DNA of 63,659 bases, counting the filler, from Octopus bimaculoides (taxonomy: Eukaryota), in NCBI RefSeq assembly GCF_001194135.2. It is 3 parts of 3 records of this genome, joined end to end, with 100 filler letters (N's around TTAATTAATTAA, not from the genome) between each part and the next. Parts side by side here need not be neighbours in the genome. Positions count along the whole stretch, not along the records: positions 28,982 to 52,402 come from NC_068986.1; 2 more parts are not named here. One strand, given 5' to 3'. The position numbers were made by a program, and so were the translations under genes. Below, in pieces: positions 38,927-49,801 of this stretch. Within the stretch, counting starts at the first letter, position 1, and each line of letters starts with the position of its first letter. A model generated the notes under the pieces. It ran no database searches, was not told the DNA's origin, and saw only the letters and a list, made by a program, of their open reading frames with translations.

Positions 38927-39914
38927 TGTAAGGACCGTGCGATGAGGAGAGGTGACGAGGAATGGCTCCTTTAGTACATCTCACGGTTGATATAAATAAA
39001 AATATGAAAAGAGGATAAATGAATATAAGTGTCAGAAGTAAAAGAGAGACACAACCAGTAGAAGGTTTAAGAGAAGATTTTATTGATATGTCAACTTGTA
39101 TGTCTGTGTGTGTGAGTGCGACATATAAACACAATAATAGACAGGCCGTCATATAAACAAAATGTATGTGTATACAAACATGGATGCATGTATGTGCAAG
39201 TAATACAGAGCAAAGAAAAGAGTCTATAAGGACGTTAGAAGAAAGTCCAGACACAAGGACACAGTTTGTAGTTAAGGTACACAGTAGTTGAGGTGCTGTA
39301 ACAAGAAGTCGAGGCCGCGTAGCAGAGGCACATGTCATAAGAGGTTGTGACTTCAATGCTGCTGCCGGTTACTTGGTACAAGAGTTCTCGCAGGTTGTAT
39401 TCGCTGTTAACCATGGTGAAGTAATTCACAAACAGTGTGGATAGAACCTGTGTGAATGTTGTTGGTTGCTGTGTACATAGAGAAGTTGGTGTTGACGCTA
39501 AGAAGCTGGAGGCGACAAGGAATGGAGGTCCGTGAGCTGGACGAAGTGTCAACGAGTCTCCATGTGCTGTTGTGTCATCGCTGGAACTGGCTGTGTGTTC
39601 TGTGGTCAGCGGCTAGACCTCAGAAAGTCTGGAGACGAGAAGACTGACAAACTGTGACGGTGAAAAGTTAGCTATTTATAACATACTGTCGGCTCAAACT
39701 GGGGTTCAGAAAAGACTGTCTGAAGGCTACGATTGGTTGGGTTGCATCTTGGTGCGCAATAGAACAGGAGACAGAATGCACCAATACCAACCAATCAGAG
39801 TGGTGGACACAACAGGGTCCAAAAGTGCGGCCGAAGGCTAGCTGTTATCCACTACGTCTGCATTCATGTATATATAACAGAGAGAGAGAAGAATCCCTTA
39901 GGGCGTACGCTACA
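38927..39914 (-). mobile_element. Probable solo LTR (about 990 bp)
   Basis: TGTA...TACA termini; on the minus strand a CCAAT (39732-39736), TATAAATA (39673-39680) and AATAAA (39078-39083) in LTR order; CACTT at both flanks (left offset by 2 T). Confidence 0.65.
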
Positions 39915-41139
39915 CACTTATCTCTCCTCCGTTTCATGTTTCTGTATCACTCTTCAAGCAAACACTAAGCAATTTTTCTCAACTTTCCTCCTTAGAACTG
40001 TAACTTCCTGTAACCCCCATCTCTACGTGTTTTCCCTATAAACATCAATCTACATAGGTTCAAGCTCAATCTTCTCTGCAAAGATCTGTAAAAAGTTATG
40101 CATTACAGTTCCTTTTCGTTCCCCAATCTGTTTTTTTTTTATTTTTTTTAATACTTAGTGATCGTATGTTTATGTCATTGGTAGGAACGTATTGAGATGA
40201 CAATGAACTGATGCCCTGAAGAGTGCAAGGAAACTTTTCATTTGTTATACTAGATACGTTTGTTGTGCAAAGGCTGCTGTCTAATTAGTTGTATTTCTTT
40301 TCATGTTTACAGAACACATTTGAAGTCAGCGCATGCAATATTAAAAATCAACGCTATATAATTAAAGTAAGGTACATATAAACATATATGTACCTCCTTT
40401 CGAACTGTCTCACATTAAAAAAAAAAAAGGTTTTATAGTAAAATCATCTTTATTTGCATTCATTTATATATTCTAAACTATTTAAAGCATGCATTGCATA
40501 CATGCAGAAAACGCCACTGATACGTATGTGCATTTGTATAGTGTGAAAAGAGTAGTTAGATGCTGCTTTTCGATGTCAAGCACCAACAATACACACTTAC
40601 AGAAGATCTTGTATTGCATAGTGTATACGTTACGTAGTTACTTCTGTACAAATATATCTATGTATATGGTGGTGCTCAGCATGACTGAAATGAATAAAAG
40701 AATATGTATGTGTGTTTATATTAGATGCGAAATTGTGGTTGACCCTCTGGCTGATAAATGATGAGGAGTTGGCGACCATCTGTGTCTGTTTTCCGTTAGT
40801 TTGTGCATTTATTATATGTTTTTTTTTCACTCATTATATAATTCAGCGCTACGTATCGCAAAAAAAAAAGAAATGTTTGTGTGTGTGTGTGTGTGGATGT
40901 CTTATAGATGATTTAGAATAATTGAGCAGTAGCTTTAAATGACTGTTTAACTAGTTCAGTAGCTAGTTCAAAATGGGCGTTACTGCTTCAGAAAGCTTTT
41001 GGATTGCTGCATTCAGCGTTGAGTGAAGGCCTTCTGATGAGATGGGTGGGGATTTTTGGATTTATTCTGAACCTTTTGGAACATTTATCCCCTACAGTGT
41101 TGTATAAACAACTCTTTTAGGCAGTATTATAAGGAAGAA

Positions 41140-41838
41140 TCCATAACTACCGGGCCGTGGATCACTTGGTACTAAGCCGTACATCACTTGGTACCAGGCC
41201 GCACAGAAATAATAAATTTTAAAATTTTATTTGTTTTATTGACTATCAGGTACTTTTTGGTTATCTCACCCTCATTAAAAAAATTGGGTTATCTCCAACA
41301 GAAAAATTGTTTAACCCTCAATAAAACAAAAAACATGAAAAATTAATGTGATAAGATTAAACATCTTATTGAATCTGATATTTTTGTAACAAATCATACA
41401 AAACTGAAAAAAATTAATAAACATGAAAACTGAAAAAATTAAAGATCTTATTGAATCTAATAACATTTTTATAACAAATCATAGCATGCCTACTGAGGAG
41501 GCCAAAAATCAACAATGTGTTGAAATATTGAATCAAAAGGATCTAACCCTTTTAATCCAATCTCTTGTCACCACATTAACTCAACTTTTTAATGGGGAGA
41601 TAACCCAATTTTTTCATGGCATTTTTTTTTAATGGGGTGAGATATCCAAAACGTACCGACTATCGCAGTTTGTAGGGTGTTTTTGCATTATATTATGTAT
41701 ATAATATTTATGTATTATATATGCAATGATTAATTATATTACTTTATTGTATTTTGTTATGCTCGTAGTTCCTAGAACCGGAAAAAAATTGTCATGCATA
41801 AAAACAGTCTGTGGTGCAAAAACAATTGGGGACAGCTG
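41140..41838 (+). mobile_element. hAT/Charlie-like non-autonomous element, interrupted
   Basis: 5' part CCGGGCCGTGGATC...GGTACCAGGCCGCACAG and 3' end GTGGTGCAAAAACAATTGGGGACAGCTG. Left TIR and TSD are not clean. Confidence 0.45.
41249..41657. mobile_element. Merlin-type non-autonomous element (409 bp)
   Basis: GG...CC termini, TIRs GGTAC(T/G)TTTTGG(T/A)TATCTCACCC..CATTAAAAAAA, TSD GACTATCA/GACTATCG (7/8), and an internal repeat of about 85 bp. Confidence 0.8.
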
Positions 41839-42010
41839 CTTAGAGACTAGGGATACAATTAGAAAAAAAATAGAGATTGACTGAAAAAGGATTGGACATC
41901 GTCGGTCTAGCTTGTAGGTTTGTTGTTTACATTCAAGTTAGCTCTGATCGAACAAATCTATAATTGTATATACGTCCCAGCTATCACCATGCCATCTTTT
42001 TATACGGTGC

Positions 42011-42180
42011 GGCGAAATAGCAGAGTTATTACAATGTCAGAGACAATGGTTTGTAGTATTCGTTCTTACTCTCAACATTCTGAGTTCAAATCCCATCGAA
42101 GTCTACTTTACTTTTCATCTATTCAGGGTCAATAAAATAACAGTCTATTATTGGAGTCGATTCTCCTTCCCACCCCCTCA
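42011..42180 (+). mobile_element. Degraded SINE family A copy
   Basis: TTCTGAGTTCAAATCCC...CTTTTCATC...GGTCAATAAAATAA. Confidence 0.6.
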
Positions 42181-42210
42181 TGGAAAGTCCATGAGTCCAA
42201 TGACTCATAA

Positions 42211-42445
42211 GGCCAGAGCTTAACTCAGTTTTCATGACATATAAGTGACTCAGATTGCAGCACTCCTCGCTGAACGGTCTATCACAGGGTTAAATTAATG
42301 TTGTAACTCATTTACAGCTGAGTATACTAAAGCAACCTGAAATGAAGTGTCTTGCTCAAGAACACGGCGCACTCCCCGGTCCGGGAACTGAAACTGCGCT
42401 TGCATGATCGTGAGTGCAACACACTAACCACTTATGCTACACACC
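42211..42445 (-). mobile_element. SINE family C copy with tRNA-like head
   Basis: Minus strand: GGTGTGTAGCATAAGTGGTTAGTGTGTTGCACTCACGATC...TTCTTGAGCAAGACACTTCATTTCAGGTTGC. Confidence 0.7.
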
Positions 42446-44006
42446 TTCACGCTATATCTGGAAGTAATCGGCTGTGGCCATGTTATGAGAGGAAGGTATT
42501 CCGTCAAGTTACAAGGCTATCAGGAGTCAAAGGTTCAAGGCTAGACAAGGATGTGTAGTGTACCTAAGTCTCCATTATCCAACGTATCCGTTTGCTTTTA
42601 AGACAGTAAGGTGAAGGAGATTTGACAATAATTTGTAGTTTGTCGAATGGTCGCGTAGAAGTCCTGTTTGTTTTTTTTAGTGTAGCCACAGGATTCAAGA
42701 AGAAAAATAAGAGCCAATTCAGAGCAAAAAGAAGAAAAAAAATGGTATGTTAATGAACTATGCGAGAAAAAAAAAAAATTACCAAGCTCTTCAAACAGTC
42801 TTCTCGTCAGAGAAACTGTTAAAGGTTCGAAACATTAACTTTAAAAATGTAAATTAAAAAAATAACAATAACGTTTGTTGATAAACGTAAGTTTGGCTGA
42901 TTATTCTTCATTGTCAATTAATATGCAGTTTAGATGACAGACATTTGTTGTTAAGCTGGCAGTTAGTAGGTAGTCTTATTAGCTACTTGGCTGCTAAGCT
43001 ATGCTTTGTAGACAGACTGACTGGTAGGCTGGTTAGTAATTTAGCTTGTGTGTTGTAATTTGGTTCATAAATCTGAGTAAGTTCGTATACAGTTTAAGAA
43101 AAGAGAATCCTGGTGTTAGTTACCCCGAAATCCTTCCATGGTATATGAACTTATCCAAATTTACGAAACTTCACTAAATAATTTTTCCTGACATTATTAT
43201 TTAATTTTATTCACAACATTAAAGAAACAAGCCTAATATACTAAGTAGTAAAGTGAGCAGTTTTTATATTGGATGAATGTCCAATTGCAGATTCAGAGAT
43301 GTTAGCAAGTGCTAGGCAATGTGTCATCAATTTGTTCATAGAATAGACCTTGAAAAAGTACAAATCTCATATTTCAGAAGTAGAGTTCCTATACTATGTA
43401 CACAGTAGGTTATCCACCTCTTCCTGTTTCTTCTTGCTCGCTTCACCTGCTATAGTCTGCTACAACAGACATGACCTGTTTGGGATCATGAAGTCAGAAA
43501 TTGGCTTTGAACTCAGTACAAGGACGGGAGACGAATATTCTCCCTGGATAGGACGTTAGTGACTGTAGATAAAACCTCTAAAAGGTCTGCTACTTAATCC
43601 CTGCTTGAACTGCGATGTACGTACCACTTAAAGATGTGGTCATACTAATATACATATATACACACGTATGTGTTTGTGAATCCTTTCCATTTCATATACA
43701 GTTTGATTTTATTCCAAATTTCTACACAGATGTAGTTTTACATGCCAATTACGAAAATCACAACAAATTTATAATAAAAAGTTGAAAACTCTTTTAAATT
43801 TGAATTTTTTTTTAATTTTAAATTTATACATGGACGTAGTATTCACAACCATTTTCTTTTTCTTTTGAAAAATTAATTTTAACAAATGAAGCCCAAAATC
43901 ATTTAAAATTTCTATACAAACGCAGTTTTGCATGGGAGAAATTCATTTCAGCCAATCAGATTTAACTGTCTTGTAGACGATGCAAAAAAAAAATCCTTTG
44001 TCAGTA

Positions 44007-44055
<49 letters not shown>

Positions 44056-44116
44056 GCTGCTGCTGCTACTGCTGCTGCTGCTACTACTGCTACTACTACT
44101 ACTACTACTACTGCTG
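44007..44116. repeat. (CTA)n/(CTG)n compound repeat
   Basis: Direct inspection. It explains the poly-L and poly-Y ORFs. Confidence 0.95.
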
Positions 44117-44337
44117 TATCAACTGCAGACAAACACCATTAACTGTTTGTCTCCAGAATTCCTTCTACATTGCTCTTGGTAAGTCACTTTTCAGTAGACT
44201 GGAGTCTTCAACCAATTAGTCAATAAATATCCTAGCAAGATGATCCCCTATATCGCTATATCTTTAGCCAACCTATTACAACATTTGTCAACTGAAACAG
44301 TAAGTCCACTGAAATGAATCATTTTTGGTTCCAGATG

Positions 44338-44372
<35 letters not shown>

Positions 44373-44502
44373 TACACAAGGATCAAACAACTTGTAATAT
44401 CTAACTTGTGAGAAATGCCTTTCCTTAAAGTTTGATGAAACAGACAAAACTATTTTTCATCAATCTAACTTTGGCAAATGTGTACATGCTCAAACAGATT
44501 AA

Positions 44503-44748
44503 CCCTTTAGCATTTAATTGGGGCATATTGGGCCCAAATATTCTACTTGTTTTATGTTAAAACTGAGCAGATCCAACCTCTGTAGCTATGTCGTAAGAAG
44601 CTTGCTTCCCAATCACAATTCCAGGTTCAGTCCCATTGCATGGCACCTTGGGCAAGTATCTTCTACTCTAGCCTTGGGCTAACCAAAATCTTCTGAATGG
44701 ATTTGGTAAGTTGGTAAACAGAAACTGAAAGAAGCCTGTCATTTTTTT

Positions 44749-44788
<40 letters not shown>

Positions 44789-45133
44789 GGTAGATGTGTG
44801 TGTTTGTGTGTGTATTTGTGTATCTTTGTGTCTGTGTTTGTCCCCCCCACCACCATTTGACAACCGGTGTTGATGTGTTTATGTCTCCATAACTTGGTGA
44901 TTTAGCAAAGGGGGTGATAGTACCAGACTTTAAAAAGAAAAAAGTACTGGAGTCAATACAGTCAACTAAAAATTCTTCAAGGTGGTGCCCCAGCATCGAT
45001 GCAGTCTGATGACTGAAACAAGTAAAAGAGTAGACCATTGAAATCTTGAAGCTACAAAATAATGCATGATTAATTCAAAATGATGTGTATAAATAAGCAA
45101 TACATTTGACAAAGAAATTTGAATGCTAAAGGG
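44503..45133. mobile_element. piggyBac-like TTAA MITE interrupted by a SINE
   Basis: TTAA|CCCTTTAGCATT...AATGCTAAAGGG|TTAA; halves align to the intact copies at 46320 and 58632. Confidence 0.85.
44582..45033 (+). mobile_element. SINE family B copy nested in the MITE
   Basis: Full-length match to family B. Confidence 0.85.
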
Positions 45134-45391
45134 TTAATATTGCTGTAGCCTGGATTGGAATTGCTGCATCACAGATTGCAGGACTGCTTTATACTGGTCT
45201 TAAGCTGCCAATCAACCTTACATACAGTGGCAGTCCTCTGTGTAATATCAGCAAGGAATCTAGACAAGCAGAAGTTCTAAATAAGGCCAAGCTGAAAGTA
45301 TGAGTGCACAATACCTCACAGACTTACATGTTTTATGTTCATGGTCACACCTTACTAGATCTCAGAGGTAACATGAACATTATGGATGAAT

Positions 45392-45717
45392 ATCGTCGTC
45401 GTCGTCGTTTAACGTCTGCTTTCCATGCTAGCATGGGTTGGACGATTTGACTGAGGACTGGTGAACCAGATGGCTACACCAGGCTCCAATCTGATTTGGT
45501 AGAGTTTCTACAGCTGGATGCCCTTCCTAACGCCAACCAGTCCGAGAGTGTAGTGAGTGCTTTTACGTGCCACCGGCACGAAGGCCAGTCAGGCGGTACT
45601 GGCAACGGCCACACTCAAAATGGTGTATTTTACATGCCACCTGCACAGGAGCCAGTCCAGTGGCACTGGCAACGATCTCGCTCAAATAACTTTTCACATG
45701 CCACCAGCACAAGTGCC
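45392..45717 (-). mobile_element. SINE family D copy (modular body, (GAT/GAC)n tail)
   Basis: Reverse complement of GGCGTTAGGAAGGGCATCCAGCTGTAGAAACTCT...CATGGAAAGC(G/A)GACGTTAAAC; truncated by a gap. Confidence 0.85.
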
Positions 45718-46319
45718 NNNNNNNNNNNNNNNNNNNNNNNNNNNNNNNNNNNNNNNNNNNNNNNNNNNNNNNNNNNNNNNNNNNNNNNNNNNNNNNNNNN
45801 NNNNNNNNNNNNNNNNNNNNNNNNNNNNNNNNNNNNNNNNNNTATATATATATATATATATGAAAGCCAGGGTGTGTTGCGTTCCGTTACTTAACAAGGG
45901 AAAAAATGTATAGTAAATACACTAACGAAAAGTATAAAATGTATAATGTATATTGAGTGTACAAACAGACAGAAGACAGACACAGAAAGTTCCTAATTCT
46001 TCATCAGTTATCAACCAGATGGTATTACTCAATATACATTATAATTTTTTAAACTTTTCATTTGTGTTTACTATACATTATTTCTCTTACTATATATGAG
46101 TTGGGAGCACACCACAACGAAACATGTATTTAGAAAGATGTGGAACACTTCATCTTTCTACCAACATAAGAGTACACTTAACACAGATGTCTCAGCATCT
46201 TTGCTTGAAAATTTTTGCTTTAATTGAGAGAAAACAGCCAGCTAACATCCACTGACATGGAAAGGTGAGATGCTAATACTACAAAAAAACTTGCTACACT
46301 TTAATTTATATCAGTTTAA

Positions 46320-46537
46320 TCCTTTAGCACTTAAATCAGTTATATCCAGCCCAAATATTGTACCTGTTTTATATTCAAACCGTCTAGATCCAGCCTCTCA
46401 GACCTACCCTACAATATTATTCTAAAATTAAACAATCGGCTCATCAAAATCTTGAAGCTATGATAATGTATGATTAATTCAAAACAGTTTGAATAAACAA
46501 GCATTACATTTGGCAGAGTAATCTGAATGCTAAAAGT
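46320..46537. mobile_element. piggyBac-like TTAA MITE (intact, about 218 bp)
   Basis: TTAA|TCCTTTAGCA...TGCTAAAAGT|TTAA. Confidence 0.8.
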
Positions 46538-46585
46538 TTAACAACAAATGTTCTACATATTTGGCACCAGGGCAATGTCAATTAT

Positions 46586-46772
46586 GTCCACTGGCATCAC
46601 ATAAAAAGCACCCAGTCCACTCTGTAAGGTCGTTGGCATCAGGAAGGGCATCCAGCCATAAAATCATGCTAAAACAGTGAAGCTAGGAGTAGTCCTCTGG
46701 CTTCCTAGCTCCTGTCAAGCCATCCAACCCATGCCAGAATGAAAAACAGACATTAAATGATGATGATGATGA
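46586..46772 (+). mobile_element. SINE family D 3' fragment
   Basis: AAAAAGCACCC...GGAAGGGCATCCAGCC...CCAACCCATGC...ATTAAATGATGATGATGAT. Confidence 0.75.
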
Positions 46773-46800
46773 TATACACATTCGTACAAATAAATATCAT

Positions 46801-47187
46801 AAGCTTTTATCTTTTATTTGTTTCAGTAATTGGACTGTGGCCATGCTGGGTCACCACCTGGAAGGATTTTAGTCAAGCAAATTGACTGTTGTACCTATTT
46901 TCTAAGTCTGGTACTTATTCTATGCATCACTTTCATCAAACAGCTAAGTTACTGAGATGTAAACAAACCAACACCAATTGTGAAGTGGTAGTGATGATGG
47001 TGGATAACACAGATGCAAAGACACACATACATATACACAATGAGCTTCCATAGTTTCTGTCCACCAAATCGGCTCACAAAGTATTGGTTGGCCTGTAGCT
47101 ATAGAAAACACTTGCCCAAGGTGCTGTGAAGTGGGACTGAGTCCAAACCTTTGTGGTTGCAAAGTGAGTTTCTTAACCACACAGCCA
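46801..47187 (-). mobile_element. SINE family B copy
   Basis: Full-length reverse-complement match to family B. Confidence 0.85.
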
Positions 47188-47235
47188 AATATATGTGTAT
47201 ATCAAATACAAATATATGTATATATATCAAATTTG

Positions 47236-47750
47236 CAAAGACCTGTTGGGGTAAGTGAAATTGTAATTGAACCATACTCGATGACTGGTCACCACACCAG
47301 TGGAATACTAACAGCACTGTCGAGCGTGTTCATTGCCAGAGCAGCTATCTGGCTTTCGTGCTAGTGGCCCGTAAATAGTACCATTAGAGTGTAATTGTCA
47401 CCAGTGTTGCCTTCTAGCACTTGTGCAGGTGGCACATTAGAAAATCATTCGAGCGAGGTCATTGCCAGTGCCGCTGGACTGGCTCCCGTGCAGGTGGCAC
47501 GTAAAAAACAGCTTTTTGAGCGTGGCTGTTGCCAGTTCCATGTGACTGGCCCTCGTGCCGGTGGCACGTAAAAGCACCCACGACACTCTCGGAGTGGTTA
47601 GCGTTAGGAAGGGCATCCAGCTGTAGAAACTCTGCCAGATCAGATTGGAGCCTGGTGCAGCCTTCTGGCTTGCCAGTCCTCAGTCAAATCGTCCAACTTA
47701 TGCTAACATGGAAAGTGGACGTTAAACAATGATGATGTTGATGATGATGA
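47236..47750 (+). mobile_element. SINE family D copy with four modules of about 65 bp
   Basis: GAGCG/GAGTG-initiated units at 47322, 47387, 47451 and 47518; GAT-repeat tail. Confidence 0.85.
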
Positions 47751-47926
47751 ATGCCTCTATATCTAAAAAGATAGATTAGCTTTTTTTACACACACACATT
47801 TTATACATATAAACACACACATATATACATTATCATACTTGAGGATATTTTCAACAAATGTTTTCACATCAAGAATGTATATATATATATATATATATAT
47901 ACATATATATATGTGTGTGTGTGTGT

Positions 47927-48460
47927 GGGGGGAACCCATGCCAACCTTCCTTCATTGGACACTAAACTCAGCTTGCGAAGACCTGTTGGGGCAATTGAGA
48001 TTGAAACTGAACCAAATTCGATGACTGGCACCCATACCAGTGGAGCGCTAACAGCACCATCCGAGTGGGATCACTGCCAGAGCAGCTGTCTCGCTTCCAT
48101 GCCAGTGGCACGTAAAAAGCACCATTTGAGCGCGATCGTTCCTAGCTTCGCCTTACTGGCACTTGTGCCGGTGACATGCGAACAAAACATTGGACTGACT
48201 CCTGTGCAGGTGGCACGTAAAAAACATCATTTGAGCGTGACCGTTGCCAGTACTGCCGGACTGGCCCTCGTGCCGGTGGCACATTAAAAGCACCCACTAC
48301 ACTCTTGGAGTGGTTGGCGTTAGGAAGGGCATCCAGCTGTAGAAACTCTGTCAGATCCGATTGGAGTCTGGTGTAGCCATCTGGTTCACCAGTCCCCAAT
48401 CAAATCGTCCAACCCATGGTAGCATGGAAAGCGGACGTTAAATGAAAATGATGAAATGAT
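47927..48460 (+). mobile_element. SINE family D copy
   Basis: Aligns to 47236-47750 with one module partly deleted. Confidence 0.85.
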
Positions 48461-48468
48461 ATATATAA

Positions 48469-48516
<48 letters not shown>

Positions 48517-48587
48517 ATACATATATATTCACACATATACACACATACATATATACACACACACATGTACATGCATACACACATATG

Positions 48588-48964
48588 CAGATGTGACTGT
48601 GTTGTAGGAAGCTTGCTTCCTGACTACATGGTTCCAGGTTCAGTTCTAGTGCATGGTACCTTGGGCAAGTATCTTCTACTGCAGCCCCAGCTGATCAAAG
48701 CTTTGTGAGATGATTTGGTAGATGGAAACTGAAAGAAGCTTGTCGTACATGTATGTTGAATGTTTGCGTCGCCTTGTCTTGACATCGCATGATAGTTGTA
48801 AAATGGTTGTCTCTCTCATACAAGCAGGCTCACCTATTTCCAATAGGGAAATTATTACCTTGCTTGGAAACATGAGGGTTGACTGCAGGAAGGATATCAA
48901 CTATAGACAATCTGGCTCTATGAATTCCATCTGACGGATGTGAGCATGAAAGAGTTGACATTAA
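48588..48964 (+). mobile_element. Chimeric SINE (family B head, family-D-like tail)
   Basis: First 150 bp or so match the family B head; the 3' end AGGAAGGATATCAACTATAGA...AGCATGAAAGAGTTGACATTAA resembles the family D tail. Confidence 0.65.
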
Positions 48965-49039
48965 CACACACACATATGTAAACGCCAAATGATGAAAATG
49001 AGTGCATTGGTGGATAGAATTTCCTTATTTATGAATTAA

Positions 49040-49212
49040 GGCTACCATTGGTTTCATGTTGAGAAAGATAGGAAAACATCTTAATAATTTTTCATGCCAA
49101 TCACATGGAAGAATGGTGTTCGTTTCTGGAGACGAACACCATTCCTTCATGTGATTGGCTTGAAAAATTAAGATATTTCCCTATCTTTCTTGACATGAAA
49201 CCAATGGTAGAT
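49040..49212. repeat. Palindromic element of about 170 bp flanked by TTAA (hairpin MITE or RNA hairpin)
   Basis: Arms 49042-49123 and 49132-49210 are reverse complements (about 7 substitutions and a 3-nt indel); TTAA at 49036-49039 and 49213-49216. Confidence 0.85.
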
Positions 49213-49322
49213 TTAAATCACAAATAAAGAAATTATATATACACGCACACACATACATACATACACACATGTATATGTACGTGTGTACAAACACAAACGT
49301 ATACGTACGCATGTGTATGTTA

Positions 49323-49801
49323 TATGGTGGAGATGGAGTATATGTAATCTGGGTATCCCCGCCTTTTAAATTTTGTTTCTTTTTACGGAATCCTGTTTCA
49401 GACCATGGAGAATCCGATTCTGGAAAAAAAATTTCAAAAATCTCAATTTCAAAATTTCGATTCCCCCCCCCCACCCTGGTTTTTATATAGATCCACAGAG
49501 TAAACCTAACCCTAACTCAAACCCTAACCCTAACTCAAACCCTAACCCTAACCCTAACCCTGACCGTAACCGTAACCCTAACCCTGACCCTAACCCTAAC
49601 CCTAGTTTTGTGAGATTTGGCTGTTATTTCTAGCATGTAAATAGCCTGCTTGGTGGGTGGGTGTTGGGGATTGAAATTTTTTAAAAAATTCTTTTTCAGA
49701 ATCGGAATCTCCATAGCCTAAAACGTGGGATTCCGTAAAAAAAAAATTAATAAATAAGCGGGGGAAAGGTTCAGATTACATATAGTCCATCTCTACCCAT
49801 G
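49323..49801. mobile_element. Foldback/MITE with long TIRs and a (TAACCC)n core
   Basis: Imperfect TIRs of about 130 bp (AGATGGA.TATATGTAATCTG...TTTTACGGAATCC...ATGGAGA.TCCGATTCTG), TA flanks, and a telomere-type array at 49501-49604. Confidence 0.75.

Larger units (their letters stand above)
43930..46270 (+). pseudogene. Helitron RepHel (PIF1-type helicase) relic, multiply interrupted
   Basis: Ordered fragments: LGKSLF, NESFLVPDE, FFINLTLANV, IAVAWIGIAA...LKLPINL, PLCNISKESRQAEVLNKAKLKV, HTLLDLRGNMNIM, TLHLSTNIRVHL; these match the PIF1/Helitron motifs AVASSGIAA, KLIxWDE, DLRGN and TTNMRV. Confidence 0.75.

Noticed and set aside
47322-48290. Repeat-spacer-like periodicity suggestive of CRISPR
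   Set aside because: The units are internal modules of a multi-copy eukaryotic SINE, the variable part is only 8 nt, and there are no cas genes.
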